IMG/VR virus record: IMGVR_UViG_2713896780_000020
Length of the DNA: 5,933 bases
Direction: 5' to 3' (one strand)
Origin: a virus
Taxonomy: Duplodnaviria; Heunggongvirae; Uroviricota; Caudoviricetes
A program made the position numbers and the translations under genes. Positions 1 through 5,933 of this stretch are shown one piece after another; position 1 is the stretch's first letter; each line of letters begins with the position of its first letter. The notes below the pieces were generated by a model. That model made no database searches, was not told the origin of the DNA, and saw only the letters and a list, made by a program, of their open reading frames with translations.

Positions 1-743
1 ATCAGGCTGTCGTAATGCGCGTCATTGTGGATGTGCTGGCGCAGCCAGGCTTCATCGTGGCGATGTTCGATAATGGTATTGGCGATATGGTGACTGGTAC
101 GCATACCGTTAGTGGCCATCACCGACAGTACGGCATCGGCCATCAGGGAAACGCCTACGTGTGGATCGCAAAACACCTGGCTGATACCTGCCAGTTGTCC
201 CTGGACCTTTGCCACATCCAGCGTGGTTCCGCCTAAATCCACAATCAGCAGGGATTCAAACGGACTCATGTCAGCCAGTGCTTTAAAACCAGCCGGAATG
301 GATTCAGGCATAACCCGTACGTTACGGATAGTGAATGCTTTTCCGTTCTGGTACGCCACCGGGCGCATGACGTTTGCTTTTTTGCGGTTGATGTTGGCCA
401 TGTCCGGCTGTGCGTTTGTGTCGAAATATTCGCTCAGTGGCAGGGTGACAACCACATCCACTTCCTGTGGTGTGATGCCTGATTTGACCAGCGCGTGATG
501 AATGGCAATGACATTCACATCGCTGTACTGGTATTGCGTGTCGGTCGTCTGGACAAAGCGATCGCTGACCGGATCAAAACCATAGCGCACGCCATCAAGC
601 ATGTAGTTTGCGGGCTGCGTGCCACCGAACGGCGCAGACCATTCCGACTTGAAGCTGTTCGGGCTGATGGCGTTGCGGCGTTCGCCGTTCTCAGTCCATG
701 CCAGCTTGATGTTGGTGGAGCCGTCGTCGATACAAATTTTCAT
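1..743 (-). CDS. ParM/StbA-family actin-like ATPase (plasmid-segregation type), N-terminal 247 codons; 3' end lies beyond the window
   Basis: ATG at 743-741 (minus) with an AAGGAAAAG Shine-Dalgarno about 8 nt upstream. I checked every in-frame codon down to position 3 and found no stop. Translation begins MKICIDDGSTNIKLAWTENGERRNAISPNSFKSEW... and continues ...YQYSDVNVIAIHHALVKSGITPQEVDVVVTLPLSEYFD..., matching from memory the hallmark N-terminus of R1 ParM (IDDGSTNIKL, ISPNSFK, YSDVNV.A.HHAL). Not in the ORF track, presumably because it is truncated at the window edge. Confidence 0.8.
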   Translation of the reverse strand, partial: MKICIDDGSTNIKLAWTENGERRNAISPNSFKSEWSAPFGGTQPANYMLDGVRYGFDPVSDRFVQTTDTQYQYSDVNVIAIHHALVKSGITPQEVDVVVTLPLSEYFDTNAQPDMANINRKKANVMRPVAYQNGKAFTIRNVRVMPESIPAGFKALADMSPFESLLIVDLGGTTLDVAKVQGQLAGISQVFCDPHVGVSLMADAVLSVMATNGMRTSHHIANTIIEHRHDEAWLRQHIHNDAHYDSL

Positions 744-777
744 GTCGCTTTTCCTTATGTTGATTAATTAATCGTTT

Positions 778-797
778 ACGGGATTCTGAAATCCCGT
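778..797. repeat. 20-bp perfect palindrome ACGGGATT-ctga-AATCCCGT (copy 1), within a ~36-bp repeat unit 775-810 with a T-rich tail on the plus strand
   Basis: Read directly: 8-bp arms are exact reverse complements with a 4-nt spacer; followed by tttttgcctgttttgtg. Lies in the 76-bp spacer between the gpA stop and the ParM-like start. Confidence 0.6.
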
Positions 798-819
798 TTT
801 TGCCTGTTTTGTGTGCGCT

Positions 820-3660
820 TCATATATCGCGGCGCGTTTTTTGCTCATTTACGGGATTTGTGAATCCCGTTTCTGTCTGTTTTTTGTTTCCACTGGTCAG
901 GCCACCCCGCAGCAGGTCTGCTTTGCGGCGGGCACGTTCAGTGGTTTCACTGATTCTCTGTGCGTGCTCTGCGTCGCGGATGGCGCGCAGCATGTCAGAA
1001 AGCACGGTAACGGGTGTTTTCATGGTGTTCTGGTCCTGCTGAAGTGTGGATGCCAGACGTGCGGCGGCTTCGGGGTCTGATGCCCCCAGTTGTTCCAGAT
1101 AGCTGGCGACCGGGTTATGGCGGATCTCTGTGCTGCTTACGCCGTGATTACGGCTCAGGCGCTGCCAGAGCTGCGTGATTCGGCTGTCCGGGCGGGTATC
1201 CGGTTTGCGTACAATTTCAAATCCCTGCGGTGCAATGATGCTGCCGTCAACGTACAGGCTGCCGCCCCGTAACAGGTGCTGCATCTGCTGTTCACCGATA
1301 TGCAGGCCGAGAGATTCGGCAGATTCCCGCCATTCTTTAGCGAGTAATTCGTGGTTATCAGGCAAAGGCCGCTGCTGTTTGCGGCTCTGTGTCCAGCTCT
1401 GCATTTCATCACTGCTGTTTTTTGCCTGTTTGTCACGAAGCGAACGCATCAGCGCCCGGCGTTCGTGCCGTTTCAGTGAGTGCATCCATTCGTTCACTTC
1501 AACGCCATCAGGGAGCTGCGGCCACGGTGCTGGCCGTTCTTCCGGCTGTTCTGTCCCGTTGTTGTTCGTTTCCTGTACACGGGGACAGTTATTGCCACGA
1601 GTCCAAGGGGCGGCAGGGCCGCCCTGAAGGTCAAAACCATTTTCGCGGGCGCTGTCTTCCGCTTCCGGTTTACGTCTTACCAGCTTCCAGTTATCCGGGT
1701 GCGTGCACACGCGGGAAGACTCCCCGATGAGCGGCGACCAGATCCCGTAAATCTGTACACTCTGCTCGCCGTAATCGTTCAGCTCATCTGCGAGGTCGTA
1801 GGCGGTGCGAATCAGGTAGTCTTTGCGTGGAACAAGTACGCCACCCTGTTTCTCAATGTAGGTGGCAAAACATCCGGCATCAGCGGCAGCGAGTACCGCG
1901 TCCATTGCGTCATCCTTCAGCCGTTGCGGGCCTTCCGGGTTGCGTGCCATCTGGCTGGCAAGGCGGCGCAGTTCACGCCACACCTGACGGGAGGGGATAC
2001 CAAAGAACTGGAACTGGCGGACCCGGTGAAGGCGCGCCCAGCCGATGGCGCGTTCCACGCTCTCGGCCATTGATTTTCCGGTTTCGTGGTCAACGCGTGG
2101 CTTGCCCGTTTTCGGGTCGATGCCATCCACGGCGCGGCTGTCCAGGTTCTTTCCGATGTAGGTGGCGATGTAGCTGGTTGGTGTGCCTTTTGAGCCGTCG
2201 ACATACTCCACCTTAAAGCGCGGAGTAATATCATTGCCCAGCTCGTGGCGGTCTTCCTGAATGGCAATATCGCGGGTGATGGTCACGATGCTGTCGATTT
2301 CTTCTGGATGAGCAAAGACCATCATGTGCCAGTGCACGGTGCCGTCATGGTGAGGCTCCACCGTGCGGATGCCATACCAGCGCAGGCCGTCGCGGTTCAG
2401 TTTTTTGCGGACCGCCGCAAAAAACGTGTTAACCAGGTAATCGCTGGAGTCGCGCATGGTGGCCCCGTTCCATTTGGGGTTCGGATGACCGTTCTCCGTT
2501 GTTGCGTGGTATTTTGACGGGCAGGTGACAGTCAGAAACACCGCTCTGTCGCCACGGGCTTCGGCCAGAAGTTCCAGTCCCTTCATGGTGGCCATCATTT
2601 CTGCCTTACGGTGAACCGGGTTACTTACTCCCGCGTAATACACCGTCTCGAGATCAATCGTGAACCCGTCTTCATTTTCCAGCATGAAACTTTTCAGGAA
2701 ATCGCGTGTTTTCTCGCGCTGTGCGCGAAACTCGCTTAACGCGTCCTGGCTCAGATAGGGTGATGTTTTTCTGGAAACCAGACAGGCGGCGCGGAGTTGT
2801 TCTTCTCTCCACTCGCAACGTAACAGCCACAGTTTGCGTTTCCACCATTCCGCACAGGTCAGGCGAAGGATTGCGCCCGGCAGCAGCTCCGTGTCCGGTT
2901 CGTTCCTCCGGTCTTTGTCTGTTGTCAGTGCGTCATAATGTGGAGGCATGGCGTGCAGGTGTAACGCCATGCGGGCCAGCATCTGATACGCCTTCAGCGT
3001 TACATCCATGGTCAGTTCGCCATCAGTCGCGCCAAAGCCATCGCAGAGTTTTTCGAAGGTGCTGCTGAACATCGCCGCCGTCATGGTGGCCAGCGTCTGT
3101 ATCTGGTGTTTGTTGAGCTGCGGCAGGTAAAGCAAATCGTCCAGGCGTTCGCGTCCGGCAAGAGAGCGATAACCCGGTGTCAGCCAGCGGCTGTCGGTGC
3201 GGTCCAGACGTTCGAATATTTTGCGCAGGGTTCCGCGTGCATAGCGTTCCGCCTGCCAGCTCTTTTTGCCTTTCTGACGATCGGCTTCCTGCTTCTTGCG
3301 CAGGAAAGAGAGGTGGCGGCTCAGAGGTTCTCGCAGATAAACGGGAAGCGCCTTCAGTGTGGCAAAGGCACGGGCTACCGGGTCTTGTTCTGTTGCCCGG
3401 CGCTTACTGATGATGCTCTGTGCCAGCTTTTCACGCTGTCCGGCTTCCTCAAGGGATGCCATGAGTTTTTTACCCATGGCGGATTGTGCGAAAAAGGCTT
3501 CTTCCTTTGCTTCCTGTTCTTTCTGTGCCCTTTTGTCCGCCTCAAGGTAGTAACGGATGGCGCGTTGCAGGTCGGTTTCAGTTTCCTGCCTGTGCTCCGT
3601 AAATCTGGCTGGATCAATGGCTGGCCGTGGTTCATTCCAGCTCCATGCAAACTCACTCAT
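820..3660 (-). CDS. A: Replication initiation endonuclease, phage P2 gpA family (HUH rolling-circle initiator), 946 aa
   Basis: Long minus ORF with TGA stop at 822-820. I place the start at ATG 3660-3658, which forms an ATGA overlap with the stop of the upstream ORF, rather than the GTG at 3687 used by the ORF track. Translation contains LTVTCPSKYH, GIRTVEPHHDGTVHWHMMVF (HUH metal-binding motif), YIATYIGKN (paired catalytic tyrosines), FATYIEKQGG and RVRQFQFFGIP, all recalled as conserved blocks of P2 gpA. Longer than P2 A (761 aa as I recall). Confidence 0.9.
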   Translation of the reverse strand: MSEFAWSWNEPRPAIDPARFTEHRQETETDLQRAIRYYLEADKRAQKEQEAKEEAFFAQSAMGKKLMASLEEAGQREKLAQSIISKRRATEQDPVARAFATLKALPVYLREPLSRHLSFLRKKQEADRQKGKKSWQAERYARGTLRKIFERLDRTDSRWLTPGYRSLAGRERLDDLLYLPQLNKHQIQTLATMTAAMFSSTFEKLCDGFGATDGELTMDVTLKAYQMLARMALHLHAMPPHYDALTTDKDRRNEPDTELLPGAILRLTCAEWWKRKLWLLRCEWREEQLRAACLVSRKTSPYLSQDALSEFRAQREKTRDFLKSFMLENEDGFTIDLETVYYAGVSNPVHRKAEMMATMKGLELLAEARGDRAVFLTVTCPSKYHATTENGHPNPKWNGATMRDSSDYLVNTFFAAVRKKLNRDGLRWYGIRTVEPHHDGTVHWHMMVFAHPEEIDSIVTITRDIAIQEDRHELGNDITPRFKVEYVDGSKGTPTSYIATYIGKNLDSRAVDGIDPKTGKPRVDHETGKSMAESVERAIGWARLHRVRQFQFFGIPSRQVWRELRRLASQMARNPEGPQRLKDDAMDAVLAAADAGCFATYIEKQGGVLVPRKDYLIRTAYDLADELNDYGEQSVQIYGIWSPLIGESSRVCTHPDNWKLVRRKPEAEDSARENGFDLQGGPAAPWTRGNNCPRVQETNNNGTEQPEERPAPWPQLPDGVEVNEWMHSLKRHERRALMRSLRDKQAKNSSDEMQSWTQSRKQQRPLPDNHELLAKEWRESAESLGLHIGEQQMQHLLRGGSLYVDGSIIAPQGFEIVRKPDTRPDSRITQLWQRLSRNHGVSSTEIRHNPVASYLEQLGASDPEAAARLASTLQQDQNTMKTPVTVLSDMLRAIRDAEHAQRISETTERARRKADLLRGGLTSGNKKQTETGFTNPVNEQKTRRDI
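851..870. repeat. 20-bp perfect palindrome ACGGGATT-tgtg-AATCCCGT (copy 2), within a ~39-bp repeat unit 848-886 with a T-rich tail on the plus strand
   Basis: Same 8-bp arms as copy 1 with a different 4-nt spacer and similar flanks (ttt before, tttctgtctgttttttg after). Overlaps the last codons of the gpA-like CDS. Confidence 0.6.
2158..2172 (-). other. Paired catalytic tyrosine codons (Y-I-A-T-Y) of the gpA-like initiator
   Basis: Plus 2158-2160 gta and 2170-2172 gta both give TAC (Tyr) on the minus strand, spaced Y-x3-Y as in rolling-circle initiators of the phiX174 A / P2 A type. Confidence 0.75.
2326..2334 (-). other. HUH motif codons (His-Trp-His) of the gpA-like initiator
   Basis: Plus-strand gtgccagtg reverse-complements to CAC TGG CAC (H-W-H), residues 452-454 of the ORF-track protein, in the context VEPHHDGTVHWHMMVF. 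Confidence 0.8.
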
Positions 3661-4046
3661 GGCTGGTATCCCGTCACGCGCTGCCACTCCTGCGAGAAGA
3701 GGGTGGAAAGGCGGTTAAATTCAGCGGTGTATTCACTCAGCGAGGCACACCCGCCAGCAGTGCGATGCGCCAGCATTGCCGCAAATACGGAGGCCGGGGA
3801 GTCGTAATAAGCCAGTAGTGATTCGCCGTGTGGTGTCAGGCAGTGCAACGCCAGCCCGTGTGGTGTGAAGTCCACGCGGTAGCAGTCGTCTACTGTGAAA
3901 TAAAGGGTGTCTGCATTCTCTGGTTTTGTGGTGCGTGCTCTGTTGTCACGACCACGGATGTAGAGATCAAATAATCCCTGAAGAACGGGAGCCAGACGGG
4001 TGTCCTGTGTGCGCACCCATCTTGTGAAGTCATGAGCGTCAATCAT
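3657..4046 (-). CDS. Hypothetical early protein, 129 aa, translationally coupled to gpA
   Basis: ATG at 4046-4044 (MIDAHDFTRWVRTQ...), stop TGA at 3659-3657 overlapping the gpA ATG. The ORF track extends this frame upstream through the 50-N block to 4235 (192 aa); the stretch between the gap and 4046 uses rarer codons (cgg, ggg, agg, tcg), so I favour the shorter gene but cannot exclude the longer one. Confidence 0.5.
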   Translation of the reverse strand: MIDAHDFTRWVRTQDTRLAPVLQGLFDLYIRGRDNRARTTKPENADTLYFTVDDCYRVDFTPHGLALHCLTPHGESLLAYYDSPASVFAAMLAHRTAGGCASLSEYTAEFNRLSTLFSQEWQRVTGYQP

Positions 4047-4115
4047 GCTGCAATTCTCTTTACTACAGATGTGCGAAGGCCTCCCGCCGCAAGGTGCAGG
4101 AAAGGCCCGGAACAG

Positions 4116-4165
4116 NNNNNNNNNNNNNNNNNNNNNNNNNNNNNNNNNNNNNNNNNNNNNNNNNN
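4116..4165. other. Block of 50 N (masked or unknown bases)
   Basis: Read directly from the sequence. Confidence 0.95.
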
Positions 4166-4235
4166 GTCTGCGGTTGATTTCAGTCTGGATGTGACGACGC
4201 TCCGCGATAGCGCGGTGTGGTTTGCGGTTTGCCAT
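4166..4235 (-). CDS. 5' end of a small early ORF (MANRKPHRAIAERRHIQTEINRR...) running into the masked block; 3' end unknown
   Basis: ATG at 4235-4233 with AAGGGG about 9 nt upstream; the first 23 codons use common enterobacterial codons (CGC, CGT, AAC, ATC, CAG, GAA). Continuation is hidden by N 4116-4165. Confidence 0.35.
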
Positions 4236-4390
4236 GGTGTGGCCCCTTGTGTAGTAAGTTGTGAAAACTCACCATCCAGAGCTGCGAAACTGTGGGTGGC
4301 GAGACGTACGAGGTTCGCAGTACCGGCTACACAAGAACCCGGCCCGACCGAAGTCGGCCCCGTACGCCCCGCCATAATTCTGACGCGAAA

Positions 4391-4440
4391 NNNNNNNNNN
4401 NNNNNNNNNNNNNNNNNNNNNNNNNNNNNNNNNNNNNNNN
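4391..4440. other. Block of 50 N (masked or unknown bases)
   Basis: Read directly from the sequence. Confidence 0.95.
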
Positions 4441-4465
4441 TTTTGTGTGTGCATGTTCTGGTTTC

Positions 4466-4765
4466 TTACTGGTTCAGAAAAAAATCAAAAACCTTGTCAA
4501 TGCGTTGCAGCAGCTCTTGCTGTATTGCTTCCGGCGTTTCCGGTTCGCCTGGTGCCTCCAACGTCGCGCAGAAATCGGCGATTTCATGATGGAGTGTCAG
4601 GCGAATGGCAGGAGCCGTGGTTCTGGCGTGCTCCAGCTCATCCAGCAGTGCCAGCACAGCAGACGGCGAGAGCGTTGCGCGAAACGCCAGTAATTTTTGA
4701 TGCGTTGCCATTCGTTGAAGGTCAGTTGCCAGTTCGCGTAATTCCTGGTGGTTGATGGCGCTCAT
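4466..4765 (-). CDS. Hypothetical early protein, 99 aa
   Basis: ATG at 4765-4763 overlaps the TGA stop of the upstream ORF (ATGA). Charged, helix-like composition (MSAINHQELRELATDLQRMATHQKLLAF...). The overlapping plus-strand ORF 4447-4755 is Pro/Arg-rich and looks like a shadow. Confidence 0.65.
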   Translation of the reverse strand: MSAINHQELRELATDLQRMATHQKLLAFRATLSPSAVLALLDELEHARTTAPAIRLTLHHEIADFCATLEAPGEPETPEAIQQELLQRIDKVFDFFLNQ

Positions 4766-5007
4766 GCTCTGGCTTCCTTCAGTAGCTGGTTAAACATGTT
4801 GGTAAGTGGATTGCCGCACCCGAACGGCATCGGGTTTATCTGGTAAGAAAAGCGACCGCCTGTTTTGCGCTCTTTTCTTATGACTGAACCGCTGCGCCAG
4901 AGTCGGCGTAACTCCGCATTAATGGCTGTGGTTGGGGTATTCAGTGCTGCGGCGATTTCTCCACCGCTACACCCCGGATTGGCAGCGATATAATCCAGAA
5001 TGGTCAT
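4762..5007 (-). CDS. Putative winged-helix DNA-binding protein, 81 aa
   Basis: ATG at 5007-5005 overlaps the upstream TGA (ATGA). The sequence ILDYIAANPGCSGGEIAAALNTPTTAINAELRRLWRSGSVIRKERKTGGRFSYQI has a helix-helix-helix then beta-hairpin layout typical of small winged-helix regulators. Fold assignment is inference. Confidence 0.6.
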   Translation of the reverse strand: MTILDYIAANPGCSGGEIAAALNTPTTAINAELRRLWRSGSVIRKERKTGGRFSYQINPMPFGCGNPLTNMFNQLLKEARA

Positions 5008-5207
5008 CTGCGTGACTCCTGTACCTGTCGGATAAGGTTCACCTGCACCACATTCGTGGCGCAGAAGTAAGTGCCGTCAGTGAGATAGATGTGATGTGCA
5101 TCCTTTTCTGAACGGTGTTTGTCGATTGTGGTAATCAGGCGTTCGTCGACTTCGTATTCACGTCCTCTGGAGGTAAAACGAACGACAGGAAAATGCTTAA
5201 TTGCCAT
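5004..5207 (-). CDS. Hypothetical early protein, 67 aa
   Basis: ATG at 5207-5205 with a strong AAGGAGG Shine-Dalgarno 5 nt upstream; stop overlaps the next start. First gene after the 86-bp spacer 5208-5293. Confidence 0.65.
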   Translation of the reverse strand: MAIKHFPVVRFTSRGREYEVDERLITTIDKHRSEKDAHHIYLTDGTYFCATNVVQVNLIRQVQESRR

Positions 5208-5293
5208 TACGCCTCCTTGGCGTATGCGAATACCTCCGCGAATGCGGATTGTTTTTACATTTTCTTATTTAACCTGTGGTTTTATTTGCTCTG

Positions 5294-5407
5294 TTATTCG
5301 CCAGTGAAAAAGCGTTCAATCTTTTTTACTGAATGAATAATTCGCATAATCCCAATGGCGCAGGCCACAGAAATAATCAGAACAAGCCATGAGATAAATA
5401 TACTCAT
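5294..5407 (-). CDS. Small single-pass membrane peptide, 37 aa (MSIFISWLVLIISVACAIGIMRIIHSVKKIERFFTGE); not in the ORF track
   Basis: ATG at 5407-5405 overlaps the TGA stop of the 80-aa ORF (ATGA); GGGGAA about 6 nt upstream; TAA stop at 5296-5294. One hydrophobic span of about 17 residues followed by a basic tail. Confidence 0.45.
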   Translation of the reverse strand: MSIFISWLVLIISVACAIGIMRIIHSVKKIERFFTGE

Positions 5408-5646
5408 GCGATATTCCCCAGCTTATACGGTTCAATATGTTCCCCGCATTCTGCGGCACAGATTAGCTCGGAAAGTTCGTTAAGTGCATCCAGATCATCA
5501 GCGTAAAAAGCCACGTCATACAGACTCCGGATTGCCCTGGTCAATGAGTCACGGGCTGCACGTTCAGCATGAGCGCCTGATGCACTTAAGCGAAAATAAA
5601 AACGCTCAAGTGCTTTGTTGATGAGTGTTTTATATTCTTTGTCCAT
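5404..5646 (-). CDS. Hypothetical early protein, 80 aa
   Basis: ATG at 5646-5644 with AAGGGTG about 7 nt upstream, 11 nt after the TAA of the upstream ORF; stop overlaps the start of the 37-aa peptide ORF. Confidence 0.6.
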   Translation of the reverse strand: MDKEYKTLINKALERFYFRLSASGAHAERAARDSLTRAIRSLYDVAFYADDLDALNELSELICAAECGEHIEPYKLGNIA

Positions 5647-5657
5647 TGCAACACCCT

Positions 5658-5933
5658 TTAATCTGCTTTCTGAATTTTAGCTTCTGAATCCATGCAAATA
5701 ATTTCGATATAGGGTTCATTGCCATTAGCCTGGCGCGCTTTTTCAGCTTTGCTAATGATTTCTCGTACGGTCTGGTACGGAAGTTCCACAAGCAGTCGCG
5801 TGCCGTTCAGATAAACGTAAGTGGCTTCGTCGGCTCCGTTTTTACCCGCCGGAGCCACTCCATCAATAGCGGATGCGCGTAATAACAGTTCACCGCGAAA
5901 ATCAATAAAACGGATAAATACACCTTGTGCATG
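5658..5933 (-). CDS. Hypothetical early protein, partial (5' end probably beyond the window)
   Basis: The minus frame is open from the window edge (5933) to TAA at 5660-5658. The ORF track starts it at a GTG (5858) that has no convincing ribosome-binding site, so the true start is probably upstream of the window. Confidence 0.45.
   Translation of the reverse strand, partial: HAQGVFIRFIDFRGELLLRASAIDGVAPAGKNGADEATYVYLNGTRLLVELPYQTVREIISKAEKARQANGNEPYIEIICMDSEAKIQKAD

Noticed and set aside
15-767. Plus-strand ORFs 15-236, 112-498 and 495-767 from the ORF track
   Set aside because: They lie antisense to the ParM-like reading frame, which has a strong start context and recognisable family motifs. 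They have no comparable support and are most likely shadow ORFs.
778-870. The two palindromic hairpins as terminators of the gpA operon
   Set aside because: The T-tracts follow the hairpins on the plus strand only. On the transcribed minus strand the hairpin is followed by AAACGATT, so it would not act as an intrinsic terminator for the gpA transcript.
3661-3687. GTG at 3687 as the gpA start (ORF-track start)
   Set aside because: The ATG at 3660 sits in an ATGA overlap with the upstream gene stop, matching the coupling pattern elsewhere in this operon, so I prefer it. The GTG start cannot be formally excluded.
800-3818. Plus-strand ORFs and the minus-strand alternative-frame ORFs 1155-1436, 1917-2267 and 3375-3656 inside the gpA region
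   Set aside because: All are embedded in or antisense to the gpA-like CDS, which is unambiguous. Their translations are Arg/Pro/Cys-rich and atypical of real proteins.
4236-4390. Possible retron, tRNA or CRISPR element in the structured non-coding segment
   Set aside because: No reverse-transcriptase gene, no cloverleaf-compatible arrangement and no repeat-spacer periodicity are visible. Only generic hairpins are present, so I report it as an unassigned structured region.
4032-4693. ORFs spanning the N blocks (plus 4032-4589 and 4292-4693; minus 4043-4375 and 4269-4454)
   Set aside because: Each is held open only by the masked bases and has low-complexity or odd composition. They cannot be supported from visible sequence.
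5115-5336. Plus-strand ORFs 5115-5336 and 5119-5307
   Set aside because: They overlap the 5' end of the 67-aa gene and the spacer on the opposite strand, lack ribosome-binding sites, and have repetitive, low-complexity translations.
1-5933. Integrase, repressor or attachment site for the prophage
   Set aside because: I looked for one but found no ORF or repeat in the window that fits. By analogy with P2/186 these would lie beyond the right-hand edge.

Overview
The window reads as the early/replication module of a P2/186-family temperate phage (probably an integrated prophage in an enterobacterial-type host), with every convincing gene on the minus strand. From right to left: a run of small early ORFs (5933 to 3657), several joined by ATGA stop/start overlaps; a 946-aa rolling-circle replication initiator of the P2 gpA family (3660 to 820), with its HUH and twin-tyrosine motifs confirmed in the sequence; then a short spacer with two copies of a 20-bp perfect palindrome; then the start of a ParM/StbA-type actin-like ATPase gene (743 to 1, running off the window). 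The ParM-like gene sits where P2-like phages carry variable cargo downstream of gene A, and is the best candidate for the edge of an undescribed system, though only its first 247 codons are visible. I also found a 37-codon single-transmembrane peptide ORF that the ORF track missed. Two 50-nt N blocks (4116-4165, 4391-4440) hide part of the early region and limit interpretation there. No tRNA, rRNA, CRISPR array, integrase or attachment site is visible. All homology statements are from recalled family hallmarks, not from a database search.
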